The notes beneath the pieces are model-generated. The model had not been told where the DNA came from, searched no databases, and saw nothing but the letters and a program-made list of their open reading frames with translations. From Candidatus Poribacteria bacterium (GTDB taxonomy: Bacteria; Poribacteria; WGA-4E; PCPOR2b), in NCBI GenBank assembly GCA_965208675.1, contig OZ242351.1, forward strand, positions 3,872,001-3,936,000: a stretch of 64,000 bases of DNA. Direction: 5' to 3'. Below, piece by piece: positions 48,101 to 57,684 of this stretch; position 1 is the stretch's first letter; every line of letters starts with the position of its first letter. The translations under genes were made by a program, and so were the position numbers.

Positions 48101-49004
48101 AAATATCTTGCGTGGTGTTTACAGCACACGAGCCACCGCGAGCAATACGCTCTTTCGAATCTATGACATCGGCTTTATTCCTGGCGTACGCCGCATGCGG
48201 CATCAAATTGATTCGAGTCTCAAATTAAATTATCAACCGCCTGTTGAAAGGGAGGAAGATGACCTTTACCCGTTTGGCCCCAGTACTCACTTCTTTGAAA
48301 GAAAGAGTCTTGCCTATGTTTTCCGTACGAGCATTGAAGTGAAGACGCGCCGCAGCAAATCTGCGCTCCGACTTCTGGACTTCACAACTCGACTAAGAGC
48401 AGACTTTTCCGAACGCGCCAAGGAGAGAAATCGAGAATTCGACCTGATTGAAAGCGATTTAAGGATTACTCCGCTGGCGAGCCGTAAGATGACAATTACA
48501 ATGCGCACAACCCACAATCCTAATGAATCAGAGATTGGCGGGGAACGATTCAAAATGGTCGGTTTTCGAACAAATCTCAGATACCGGCGAACAACGTGGC
48601 ATTTTTCATTGGGGAGTTCGTTCAATAAGAGGACAACACGTGCCAGACGGGATTACACGGCGAGTTGGAGTTACCGGCCAAATAGGCTCGTGGAGTTTGA
48701 CTTCAACCTAATTTATGATTGGATTGAACAACAGTTCTATTCGCAAAGTATCGCGGTTCGGCGGAATCTCCATGACTGGAATCTGACCATACGGTGGAAT
48801 CGCCGCGGCATCAGGCGCGGTACAGATTCTGACAATGTCCGTCAAGATTTCATCTTTCAGATTAACCTAATCGAAGAATCTGCGGCTTCGGTTGGACTTG
48901 GGTATGATGCGACAACGGACACGTGGGGCTTCCGAAGTCTGCCCGCAGGCGTGCCCTATAATGCCTTTAGCGCTGGAACGACGCTTGGACGTTCTTATTT
49001 TTAA
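45177..49004 (+). CDS. lptD: LPS-assembly protein LptD with inserted parvulin (PPIase) domains
   Basis: OstA-like beta-taco (LHADHI..D...AAGNVRL), TTCSLKHPHF, LKVGGIPLFYFP; parvulin motifs at ~46190-47340; barrel C-terminus ...RRNLHDWNL... Confidence 0.8.
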   Translation: MEGRERKRPKTGRLNSQDANWISLPKSPALLYSHYVLCVTGYALRFTSHALSITFLACFSLASVCSLAAQDNLPPAAGGVDTATDAKNQSEPSPDIQETSLEKEKKRKSQLDPDNTTPEEGKVIGDGDEIFVQENIVQIHGNGLIKFEDVVLHADHIWADFDENIMRAAGNVRLIVENEETHANELVYNLDNKKGVVREGFTYSDPWYYRGTEIFKVEADESYIRGGSLTTCSLKHPHFYFSASKIIVKINKELIAKNIVLKVGGIPLFYFPVYRRDLREDKVAKVIVKLGTDSYQGPFVSIILPLARRQRYDGALLFDQSARRGGGRGFEGKYRVNDVKFQEILVPIPDDATPTERANLEEKAEELSDRLEGKYDNFKMRQIFLEYKISDDDVARAHEEANEIYTQLQAEDGDFAEIAQSSSDHQDTRYQGGNMGFLVHGERDEDGELRLNPILENAAFQLQPGDISPILQTETGFHILKVERVIEVYGEREIQVRRIDIVVEPSDETRESIQATADEIQERASAGETFDQLASEYEEAEAARVNQGAWMPLIEMDNRWRYSVRRMEHPGEITPPVKTNLGVYIFQLIEKQPTPSFEEIASQFEAEWAALQAEKEVIETREDPEEQDGAEPEENGEPQSDSTHDAIQYTESDNTVDSTEAENLEEENGEEEAKVYEKYGFRGKWEMPRNVASQTQRLYRGESSRVIKTKKGYRLVKVDRKRTFRGDLLFLAEDQYSSNRKKPFRTGQKWTMRWGHNHVIYTPWDSRAKGRRPVSWVSRVLWGARTYKEGLGENESTIDSFSVVTWGSALSAVDNKDYDEDGNLTFSRETIGEFLGRLQVNHTLDLTGEGTTTLQKLPAFTVSLSRMRFNRLPLFKSLNSGLTWIADKLRTDRPILSMVSFPTLENTSFDFDTALGNFYRERYRDEEDVFLQTMDLGFDLRKQSTSQIMPNRELLLDVTLQSNMIWHSKDRAGNQNILRGVYSTRATASNTLFRIYDIGFIPGVRRMRHQIDSSLKLNYQPPVEREEDDLYPFGPSTHFFERKSLAYVFRTSIEVKTRRSKSALRLLDFTTRLRADFSERAKERNREFDLIESDLRITPLASRKMTITMRTTHNPNESEIGGERFKMVGFRTNLRYRRTTWHFSLGSSFNKRTTRARRDYTASWSYRPNRLVEFDFNLIYDWIEQQFYSQSIAVRRNLHDWNLTIRWNRRGIRRGTDSDNVRQDFIFQINLIEESAASVGLGYDATTDTWGFRSLPAGVPYNAFSAGTTLGRSYF

Positions 49005-49210
49005 GGGCAAAGAACCTCAACAATTTCTTCTTACCCTCTATTCCATGTGCTTACTCACGTCCCATAATTTACCATACTAGTCTTTATTGTTTGAATTTTC
49101 AAATCAGTCAAGGCTACTTGTTGTTACCCTAGAACTTGTGATATAATCCCACCCGGTAAAACCAAGCTACCGTATTCAAGTCAGATTCATGTAGTGAGGA
49201 GAAATCAACG

Positions 49211-49834
49211 ATGATTAATACACTCGTATTTGCCGGCGGGTCTTTGCATGACTGGCAAGGTTGTAGTGAAGCAATCATTGAAATTTTATCCCGGTGTGAT
49301 GAATTTAAAATCACCAAAATCGAAGAGGATCTTGATGCCCTCACCGCTCCTCGGTTGGCCCCTTACGACCTCATCGTTTTCTATTATACTCTTGGCGAAA
49401 TGTCGGACGCCCAGAAAAACGGGTTGTTAAACCACATTGCTTCGGGAAAAGGCTTCGCGGGTGTGCATTGTGCCGCCGATTCGTTCAGAGAGTGCCCGGA
49501 GTATCGGGCGATGATTGGAGGGCATTTCGTCACGCATCCCCGTTACCGGGAGTACCAGGTGAACGTCTCAGATACTACGCACCCGATTACATCGGGCATT
49601 GAAGAATTCATGGTTACGGATGAGCAGTATATTTTAGACTACGATTCACGCGTTAATGTACTCGCCGCGGGGTTGAGTAAGGGCGGCACGATGCCTGTCG
49701 TTTGGACCAAAATCTGGGGGGAAGGACGTGTCTTCTATCTTGCTCTGGGGCATGACGCTAAAGCCTGTGGTCAAGAGATATTCGGAACGCTTCTACTGCG
49801 CGGCGCGCTCTGGGCAGCCGCACGGAGCGAATAA
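49211..49834 (+). CDS. ThuA-like domain protein
   Basis: GKGFAGVHCAADSF, GGHFVTHP, DEQY, WGEGRVFYLALGHD. Confidence 0.88.
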   Translation: MINTLVFAGGSLHDWQGCSEAIIEILSRCDEFKITKIEEDLDALTAPRLAPYDLIVFYYTLGEMSDAQKNGLLNHIASGKGFAGVHCAADSFRECPEYRAMIGGHFVTHPRYREYQVNVSDTTHPITSGIEEFMVTDEQYILDYDSRVNVLAAGLSKGGTMPVVWTKIWGEGRVFYLALGHDAKACGQEIFGTLLLRGALWAAARSE

Positions 49835-50464
49835 ATGAAAAAGCAGATTACCGATATCCAGATTGATGCAAAAAAACCTGACCGATGCACGCTGTTTCTC
49901 GATCGTCGTCAGTTTGGAGTCGTCGATTCAAGTTTAATTACAGCACTCGGTTTGCGAATAGGCCTGGAAATTGAGGCGCAAGTGCTTCAAAAATTAATTG
50001 AAGCGGCTGGAGTCACAGAAACCAAGAACTTCATTCTTGATCTCCTGCGAAACCAATCCTATAGCAAACAACAGTTAATTGATTTGCTCGGGCGAAGGGA
50101 ATGCAGCGAAAGAACTATTGATACCGCCCTGGCGGAACTGGAGGAGCTGGGCGTCGTTAAGGGCGAGAACTATGCACGGAGCTGGGTTAATCGTCGTCTG
50201 CGCTTTAAGCCGCGCGGCAAAAGGGTACTGAAGCGCGAATTGGTAAGCAAGGGGATTGACCAAACTACCGCTGACTGTGTCCTTGACACGATAGATGATA
50301 AGGACGAATCTGGGATGGCGTTAAAAGCCGCACGAAAGCAGGCGGTGCATTACAAGTCCCTTTTACCGCATGTAGCCAAACGACGCATGCACGATTTTCT
50401 ACTAAGGCGTGGATTTGACGTTGATACAATTCAGCGAGTTATCAATCAAGTGTTAAAAAACTAG
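49835..50464 (+). CDS. recX: recombination regulator RecX
   Basis: YARSWV..R...KPRGKRVLKRELVSKGI...FLLRRGF. Confidence 0.85.
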   Translation: MKKQITDIQIDAKKPDRCTLFLDRRQFGVVDSSLITALGLRIGLEIEAQVLQKLIEAAGVTETKNFILDLLRNQSYSKQQLIDLLGRRECSERTIDTALAELEELGVVKGENYARSWVNRRLRFKPRGKRVLKRELVSKGIDQTTADCVLDTIDDKDESGMALKAARKQAVHYKSLLPHVAKRRMHDFLLRRGFDVDTIQRVINQVLKN

Positions 50465-50583
50465 TATTGGACACGTAGCATAGAACCGACGCCTGTAATG
50501 CCGACTCATCCTTACATAGTCCGCTCCGACACTCGAGCGGCATCGGAGTGAGATTTTCCGGCTACTGAATATCCCGAAACCGC

Positions 50584-52218
50584 TTAAAACATAGAAAAAT
50601 CTATCTCTTTGGCGGTTATGAATTCCAGCAAGGCTGGAACACCTTCCTTAGTTTTCTGAATTCCTCGTTTGATCGCGGGGACGATTTCATCAGGTGTAGT
50701 TACCCGTTCCCCATAACCGCCGAAGCACCTCGCCATATCTGCATAATGACCGGAAATATCCGTGCTGCGGAATTTCTCCGTAGAAACCGGCATCACCGGC
50801 AATTCAATCGCCATTGAGAAGTTATTGAACAGCAGCGAAAGGATGGGAATCTGCTCCCTCACTGCGGTTTCGAAGTCCATCCCTGTAAAACCGATGGCAG
50901 CATCGCCCCAGACGTTGATGCACAGTTTGTCTGGGCTGGCTAGCTTGGCACCCATTGCTAGTCCGAGGCCGTAACCCAATTGCGTGGTTTTGCCCCAGCC
51001 GATGTAGGAAAGCGGCGTGACCGATTTCCAGAAGGGGGAAAGCTGATCACGGGGGCTTCCCGCGTCGTGTGTGATAATGGTATTTGCCGCATCTACGGTG
51101 TGCATCAAGTCCCAGATTACTCGATAAGGAGAAAGTGGAATTTCGTTAGCGGTAAGCTTGTGTTTCCATTGCGCAAGCCATTCTGCTTTGATGGCATTTA
51201 TCTGCTGCGCTACTCGATTGAAATGGCCGCGGGGCTTACCGCCCAAGCGCTCATGGATTTCGGCAACCAATGCTTCCAGAACCAGACGGGCGTCCCCCAC
51301 TAAAGCGTGTTTCACAGCCAGATCTTTGTTGATGTCCGCAGGGTCCAGCGTTGCGTGAATAATGGCTTTGTCCGTCGGTATGCGCACACCATAACTCGTG
51401 GCGGCGAAGCTGCATCCGATACCGAAAATTACATCGGCGTTATGCAAAAAGTCATGCACGGTTTTTGGGATAGAACGCCCGCCAGAACCTAGTGATAGAG
51501 GATGAGATTCTGGGAAGGCGCTCTTGCCGGCAAGGCTGGTGGTCACCGGCGCTTCCAAGATTTCCGATAATGCTCGTAAGGCCTCCCATCCTTTAGCGTA
51601 ATGGACGCCTTGCCCTGCGTAGATTACCGGATGATTCGCATCCAGCAATGCGCTGGCTACGTCACGTATCATATGCGGGTCTGGGCCAGAACGCAAATTT
51701 GGTGTAGGAAAATATTGTAAGGGGCCAGAGAGCCCTTCCTGAAACACATCGCTGGGAATTTCTACCACCGCTGGACGAGGACGCCCATTTCGCACCTGGG
51801 TAAAGGCTCGCCGCAATGCTTCCGGTACGGCCTGAGGCAGAGTAACCTGTTCGCAGGTTTTGGTAATGTGGTGGTAATTGATGAAGGAGTTAAAGTTGGG
51901 TGGTGTGTTAGTCAGGGAACGCGAGTAGCCCATCGGTATGACGACGATTGGGACGGAATCCCCATACGCCTGGGCAATTCCGCCAAAAGCATTCTCCGAT
52001 CCTGGCCCGCTTTGCATGCAAAATACGCCAATCTGTTCACCGGAGGTTACCCGGCTGAAGCCATCAGCCATGTGCAGACCAACCCGTTCTTGGCGTACAA
52101 TGATCGGGCGGATTCCTAACTTCGCCGCGGCTTCAATAATTGGGTTGACCGGGTAGGCAAATAGATACTTCACACCTTCCCGCTTTAGAATTTCAGCAAT
52201 AGCATCAGCTACGTTCAT
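50584..52218 (-). CDS. thiamine-diphosphate-dependent enzyme (acetolactate synthase-like)
   Basis: RQERVGLHMADG, QSGPG, WGDAAIG...FNN TPP motif. Confidence 0.9.
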   Translation of the reverse strand: MNVADAIAEILKREGVKYLFAYPVNPIIEAAAKLGIRPIIVRQERVGLHMADGFSRVTSGEQIGVFCMQSGPGSENAFGGIAQAYGDSVPIVVIPMGYSRSLTNTPPNFNSFINYHHITKTCEQVTLPQAVPEALRRAFTQVRNGRPRPAVVEIPSDVFQEGLSGPLQYFPTPNLRSGPDPHMIRDVASALLDANHPVIYAGQGVHYAKGWEALRALSEILEAPVTTSLAGKSAFPESHPLSLGSGGRSIPKTVHDFLHNADVIFGIGCSFAATSYGVRIPTDKAIIHATLDPADINKDLAVKHALVGDARLVLEALVAEIHERLGGKPRGHFNRVAQQINAIKAEWLAQWKHKLTANEIPLSPYRVIWDLMHTVDAANTIITHDAGSPRDQLSPFWKSVTPLSYIGWGKTTQLGYGLGLAMGAKLASPDKLCINVWGDAAIGFTGMDFETAVREQIPILSLLFNNFSMAIELPVMPVSTEKFRSTDISGHYADMARCFGGYGERVTTPDEIVPAIKRGIQKTKEGVPALLEFITAKEIDFSMF

Positions 52219-52315
52219 GCCGTTTCTCCCATTTTGGGAAATGAACCACCCTTCATACGAATTTTGGCATTTTCTAGAGTTTCAAATCCGCAACGTTCAA
52301 ATATACTAACAAAGT

Positions 52316-53152
52316 TCATTGGCTGACGAAGAAAGGGTTATGTTTTTTTTCTTCTCCAACTGTTGTTGGAGGGCCGTGACCGGGGAAGAGTTTCACATCA
52401 TCGGGAAGCGAGAGAAGATGGTTCTGAACGCTTGAAAGTTCTTGCCGGTACGAAATATTCGGACCTCCCACCGAACCCGCAAAAATTGCGTCGCCGACAA
52501 TCGCCGTGGAGCGTGTGTAAAAACTGCAGCCGCCGGGCGTGTGTCCGGGGGTGTCAAGTGTTTCCACCGTTAGATTGCCAACGCTTACTACATCGCCATG
52601 CTTCAGCAATCTCAGTTGTTGGCTGCTTTGAGGTATCGGCTCATTCGCGTGGATATAAGTTGGGCAACCCGTTGCGTTTTCAATTGACGGCAACCCGTCC
52701 GCGTGATCGCTGTGCGCGTGCGTCAACAAGATTACTGTCGCGGTAACTCCAATGTCCTGAATTTTTTGGAGGATGACATCCGGATGCGCAGCCGTATCGA
52801 TTATTGCTGCGTCATTAGTTGCGTTGCAAACCAAAATATAAGCGTTTACCGGATAACCGCCAACATTTGCGCTGACGGTGACCACTTCCAAAGCATCGTC
52901 ATATCCCGGTTGAACAGGTTCTGGTACCCAGCGTTCCATCGCAATGTCAACCAATTTTGCGCCGTCCAGGTTTAGCGCTCGGGCGATTTTGTGAGTTTGA
53001 TTTTCTGTTGGCTTTAGGGTGTAGTCTTCCATCTGTGACAATTGTGCCTCGGTGAGATCGGTTGCGTCGGCGATTTGAGCGGTGCTTAAACCTAGGCCTC
53101 GCCTCGCTTTGCCGATGATATCTCCAAATTCATCTTCAAGTGCATAAGCCAT
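52316..53152 (-). CDS. XRE-HTH plus MBL-fold metallo-hydrolase
   Basis: Start ATG 53152 after AAGGAGGAG; LEDEFGDIIGKARRGLG HTH; THAHSDH, TPGHT, GDAIF, PGHG. Confidence 0.88.
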   Translation of the reverse strand: MAYALEDEFGDIIGKARRGLGLSTAQIADATDLTEAQLSQMEDYTLKPTENQTHKIARALNLDGAKLVDIAMERWVPEPVQPGYDDALEVVTVSANVGGYPVNAYILVCNATNDAAIIDTAAHPDVILQKIQDIGVTATVILLTHAHSDHADGLPSIENATGCPTYIHANEPIPQSSQQLRLLKHGDVVSVGNLTVETLDTPGHTPGGCSFYTRSTAIVGDAIFAGSVGGPNISYRQELSSVQNHLLSLPDDVKLFPGHGPPTTVGEEKKHNPFFVSQ

Positions 53153-53315
53153 AATGTGTTCTCCTCCTTCGTTGAAAATTTGGAAAAGTAGTGTAACACG
53201 AAACGATACGATGAACAACTTCAAAATGCCGCTTTCCGGGATAACAACAAGCCGTGCTTTCCAAACCGGTGGAAATGTCCCTTCCTACACATCGCTATGC
53301 CCATTGCAAATCTGC

Positions 53316-53344
53316 TTGACACGCAAAATACCGACAGTTAAAAT
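53316..53344 (+). promoter_or_regulatory. sigma70 promoter
   Basis: TTGACA-17 bp-TAAAAT. Confidence 0.7.
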
Positions 53345-53407
53345 ATATCGGCTTGCCGGAGTTTTGCAAGATTCACGGCAGAGGCAGTGCACGGAGGAAT
53401 TTAGCGT

Positions 53408-53782
53408 ATGCCGACATACGAATACAAATGTTTTGATTGCGGCTCACGATTTGAGCGTTTTCAAAGCATGACCGAAGAAGCAATTCAAGATTGCCCGGAG
53501 TGCGAAGGCAAAGTCAAACGGTTGATTGGCGCAGGAGCAGGATTGATTTTTAAGGGATCGGGGTTCTACTCGACGGATTACCGGGATGGAAGCTACAAGG
53601 AGGCCGAAAAGAAAGATCGGGATGCTTCATCGAGCGGCAGTGGCGACAGTAAGAGCAACGATACTAAGAAAAGTGATAGTAAGAGCAGCGAAACGAAAAG
53701 CAGTGACACCAAGAACGCCGATACAAAAAGCAGCGACACTAAAAGTCCTGACACCGCTAAAACAGCTTCAGACGAGGCTTGA
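53408..53782 (+). CDS. FmdB-family zinc-ribbon protein with a low-complexity tail
   Basis: MPTYEYKC..CG..FE...CPEC...FKGSGFYSTDY; (K)SSDTK-type pentapeptide repeats. Confidence 0.9.
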   Translation: MPTYEYKCFDCGSRFERFQSMTEEAIQDCPECEGKVKRLIGAGAGLIFKGSGFYSTDYRDGSYKEAEKKDRDASSSGSGDSKSNDTKKSDSKSSETKSSDTKNADTKSSDTKSPDTAKTASDEA

Positions 53783-53904
53783 AACTGTAAAAATAATACC
53801 CGTCCGAAAAAGTCTGACAGCTACCAGAATCCTGAGATATTCTTCTGGTTCAAAACTAGGTTATCCATTGATTTACCGTTCTTTTGAAGGTCAAGAGGTA
53901 AGGC

Positions 53905-54840
53905 ATGCATCAACCTCAAACTGTTGAAGAGAACACACACGACCACGGCCATCAACATTATCTTCAGCGTAAATTCCGATTCGCGCTGATGTTCACGGGT
54001 GTTGTGTTTCTCGTGGAAGTGGTTGGCGGGATTCTGTCGAACAGCCTAGCGTTATTGAGCGATGCGGCGCATGTGTTTTCAGATGTGCTCGCATTGTCAA
54101 TAAGCTGGCTGGCAATCTATCTGTCAACACGTCCCGCAACGCACTCTCGGACTTATGGGTTCCACCGAACAGAAGTCTTCGCTGCATTCATCAATGGGAT
54201 TTCGCTGTTTGTAATTTCAGGATGGATCATTTATGAAGCCGTACAGCGATTTAAACAACCGGAGCCTGTTGAAAGTCTGGCGATGCTTGTGGTTGCATGT
54301 ATTGGCTTTACCGCCAATGTGCTCATCGTATGGCTCTTCCACGGGGAAGGGCGTAGAAACCTAAATGTACGGAGTGCCATGCTGCATGTCATCGGAGATA
54401 CACTCTCCTCTTTCGCAGTAATCGCTGGCGGAACGCTCATGTACTGGACGAACTGGTACGTGGTCGATCCAATACTGAGTTGTATCATAGCTCTAGTTAT
54501 TCTTATTGGAGCTTGGCGGGTCGCAAAAGAATCCACTCACATTCTTTTGGAGGCATCGCCGAAACACGCGGACGCCCAAACCGTAGCCAAGCATATCTGC
54601 GGTATCTATCCGATAAAAGATGTACACGATATGCACATCTGGTCTTTGTGTTCCAACTATTATGCACTCAGCGCGCACGTCGTTATTGAGGATCACACAG
54701 AAGAATCCGCAAATGAGCTCCGGCAGCAAATCAACCGTGAACTCGAAACTCAATTTGGTATCTTCCATACGACCATTCAGATTGAGCGCATCGCCTGCGC
54801 ACAGCAAGGGAATCTCCTATGTAATTTGTCCCATCACTGA
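53905..54840 (+). CDS. czcD: cation diffusion facilitator (CzcD/ZitB-like)
   Basis: SLALLSDAAH, TYGFHRTE, NLNVRSAMLHVIGD, VHDMHIW, HTTIQIE. Confidence 0.9.
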   Translation: MHQPQTVEENTHDHGHQHYLQRKFRFALMFTGVVFLVEVVGGILSNSLALLSDAAHVFSDVLALSISWLAIYLSTRPATHSRTYGFHRTEVFAAFINGISLFVISGWIIYEAVQRFKQPEPVESLAMLVVACIGFTANVLIVWLFHGEGRRNLNVRSAMLHVIGDTLSSFAVIAGGTLMYWTNWYVVDPILSCIIALVILIGAWRVAKESTHILLEASPKHADAQTVAKHICGIYPIKDVHDMHIWSLCSNYYALSAHVVIEDHTEESANELRQQINRELETQFGIFHTTIQIERIACAQQGNLLCNLSHH

Positions 54841-54950
54841 TGGACAAATGGGAGAAAAGGATTCCCAACTACCTAGTCCGGCATCGTGCAATTAACATAT
54901 CTTCCCAAGATTGCCCCGGAATTTGAACGGTTCAGTGCCAAGGAGAATCA

Positions 54951-56549
54951 GTGCCGCCAAAGAAATCCAAAATCACCGGCTACGCGTCCCGCGAAGCTAC
55001 CTTGACGTTCGCCGACCGGATGCGAACACGATATCCATCTTTCGATAAAAGTGCTTACCGTTCCCTCGCTGGTACCGATCTAATTGCGTCTAAGGTCGGC
55101 TACGGTTGCTACCGCGTTCACAATCAATCTAAAGAACATGCAGCGACGCTCGTGAAAGCGATCGAAGCAGGTTGTAACCTGATTGATACGTCGAGTAACT
55201 ACACTGACGGCGGCAGCGAAACATTGATTGGAAATGTTATCCACGACCTTATCGCGGCTGAAAAAATACGGCGCGAGGAAATCATTGTCGTTTCCAAGGT
55301 CGGTTATATGCAGGGGAAAAATTTGGATGAAGCCATGCAGCGCGAGCGTACGGGACAACCTTACCCAGATGTTGTCAAGTATATGGAAGGCTGCTGGCAC
55401 TGTATCCACCCGGATTTCTTGATAGATCAGTGGAATCATAGCGCCAAGCGGTTAGGGCTTGAATCAATTGATGTTTATCTCCTGCATAACCCGGAGTATT
55501 TTCTATCGGACGCCCAAAAACGCAGCAGGAATCGCGCCGACTTCAACGATAGCCAAGAGGCGTATTACGATCGCGTTTACCGTGCCTTCGTGCAGATGGA
55601 GCAGCTCGCGCTCGACGGTAAAATTCGCTGCTACGGGATTTCGTCGAACACCTTTCCATCGCCGAAAACGGATTTTGAGCATACCTCGCTCGACCGTGTC
55701 TATGAGGCTGCTTGCAAAGCGGGTGCAACCGTGCATGGAAATAGCCGGGCAAATCATTTCAAAGTGATTCAACTCCCGTATAACCTTTTCGAACACGGAG
55801 CGTTGACGGCGGTAAACAATGAGATTGACCGAAAAGATGTCTCGGTGCTTGAAAGGGCGAAGTCTCTCGGGATTGGCGTCCTCGTGAATCGTCCGCTCAA
55901 CGCAATTGTGAATAACCGCATGACCCGTTTGGCGCAATACGCTTACGATCCAAACCTCGATCATCCCAAAGAGATTTCCAACGCAGAACACCGGTTCAGT
56001 CAAATCGAAACAAGGCTTGAAGATGTGTTAAAAAGTTGGGGAATTTTCGATTCGGTGCGTAATCAAGTAAATGTCAACCTTTTTTATGACGTTGCGCAGC
56101 AGCTTCCCAAATTTCTTCCGCATATCCAAAACCGGGATCATTGGGAACAGGTCTTATACGGAAATCTCATCCCCGAGATTAATGCATACTTACAAAAGAC
56201 CGCCCAAAATTGTTCGGCTGAAGCACAGTCCGAGTGGGAGATTTTGCTGCAACAGTACGTAGAGACACTCAACGCGCTATTCGCGATTCTGACGGACATC
56301 TTTAATCGCGGGGAGGCAGGAAAGGTTGAACCCATTCAGCACGCGGTGGATAGACATCTCTCAGATGAGGAGAAAATGCTCACACTTTCTCAAAAGGCAT
56401 TGAACTTTGTGACTTCATCGCCGGGCGTCTCTGTTGTGTTGAACGGCATGAAACGAGAAGAATACGTGCACGACGCAATGGGGATTATGACCGCACCTGA
56501 TTTTAAGCAGCCGCTCGCATTGATTGAAAGTGTGGCGCGTGCGGTGTGA
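54951..56549 (+). CDS. aldo/keto reductase with a helical insertion
   Basis: GCNLIDTSSNYTDGGSE, VVSKVGY, IDVYLLHNPE, GKIRCYGISSN, IQLPYNL. Confidence 0.88.
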   Translation: MPPKKSKITGYASREATLTFADRMRTRYPSFDKSAYRSLAGTDLIASKVGYGCYRVHNQSKEHAATLVKAIEAGCNLIDTSSNYTDGGSETLIGNVIHDLIAAEKIRREEIIVVSKVGYMQGKNLDEAMQRERTGQPYPDVVKYMEGCWHCIHPDFLIDQWNHSAKRLGLESIDVYLLHNPEYFLSDAQKRSRNRADFNDSQEAYYDRVYRAFVQMEQLALDGKIRCYGISSNTFPSPKTDFEHTSLDRVYEAACKAGATVHGNSRANHFKVIQLPYNLFEHGALTAVNNEIDRKDVSVLERAKSLGIGVLVNRPLNAIVNNRMTRLAQYAYDPNLDHPKEISNAEHRFSQIETRLEDVLKSWGIFDSVRNQVNVNLFYDVAQQLPKFLPHIQNRDHWEQVLYGNLIPEINAYLQKTAQNCSAEAQSEWEILLQQYVETLNALFAILTDIFNRGEAGKVEPIQHAVDRHLSDEEKMLTLSQKALNFVTSSPGVSVVLNGMKREEYVHDAMGIMTAPDFKQPLALIESVARAV

Positions 56550-56589
56550 AATTCCTTCCCTATCGTTAGATTCGCCGCGCCAGCAAGGC

Positions 56590-57372
56590 TCACAGGACTC
56601 CCCGCGAATCCTTTTTTGCAATGAGTCGGTTCAAAATCCAGAATAACACGGCGGACAGTACGGTGTAACATCCTATCATCCAGACCCAAATCGGTGCGAT
56701 TCCCATTGAAGTGTGCGTTTCAGATTTTACAACCGCAATTAGGACACACAGGGGGCTTAACAACTTCAGTGCCTCCTCAAAGCGCGGAGCCGTAATTGGC
56801 ATCTGCGATACAATCAACGGCACAAAGATAATCGATAACACCACGGCGTAACTGCGAGAAATTGCGGTCATGGCGGTGCCGAACAGGGTAAAAAAAACGC
56901 CGTTCAAGAAGAACAAGGTAATTGCAGCCGTAAACACAAGAGCGCATTGCAGTAGTTGCCAAAGCCCCAATCCGCCTGTGTAAACCGAAAGCCAAAATAG
57001 CGGGATGGTGAGCCAGACGATCCACAGCGTTCCGAGAATTGCCCCAATTAACTTCCCCAGCAGAATCCGCCATGTGCGCAGCGGCGTGATTTTGAGCAGG
57101 TCCCAGTTGGAGGATAACCGTTCGGATTGAAACGTCTCTATGGCTAGAAGCGGAACCGCAAGAGCAATGATGGTGAGGAAGAAGACAGGTACAGATATTG
57201 CATATACACTTTCACCCATGCGAGTCTGGGGCTGAGTTTGGCTTGCCGCGAATAGCTCGAATGCCGCTGCAAATAGCGTAAGCGCAAGCACGCATAAGAT
57301 GACGAACTGAATGCGGCGAAATTTGGGCTGATGGAAATAAAAACGCAACTCCTTAAGAATGAGTGCAATCAT
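56590..57372 (-). CDS. ABC-2-type permease-like membrane protein
   Basis: ILKELR, ER...WDLLKITPL...ILLGKL, about 6 TM helices; start uncertain (57372 or 57411). Confidence 0.75.
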   Translation of the reverse strand: MIALILKELRFYFHQPKFRRIQFVILCVLALTLFAAAFELFAASQTQPQTRMGESVYAISVPVFFLTIIALAVPLLAIETFQSERLSSNWDLLKITPLRTWRILLGKLIGAILGTLWIVWLTIPLFWLSVYTGGLGLWQLLQCALVFTAAITLFFLNGVFFTLFGTAMTAISRSYAVVLSIIFVPLIVSQMPITAPRFEEALKLLSPLCVLIAVVKSETHTSMGIAPIWVWMIGCYTVLSAVLFWILNRLIAKKDSRGVL

Positions 57373-57684
57373 TGTATGGGTTCTCTCGGTAACACTTAAT
57401 ATCTTCAGCATTATAACATATCCCCCTTCAAACACCGCATAAACTTTTTCTGATTGCCGGTCGTCAAGAAGAATAGTTTTCGAGGTAATTTGAAGCGTAG
57501 ATTGCAGCTGTACCCAAACAAGAATCATCGCCGTTTTGCATTGCTAAACTTAGATTTGCCCTTTAGGGTTAGCATCGAAAATGCTTGTACACGGAAGCGG
57601 AAATATGCTAATCTATCGCTGTTATCATTTATTACAGATACGTCCTACAACAACTAATGTGGATTTTTTGATAGGAGAACAAAA

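Noticed and set aside
53640-53765. Short tandem repeat array
   Set aside because: It encodes the ordinary low-complexity S/D/T/K tail of an FmdB-family protein
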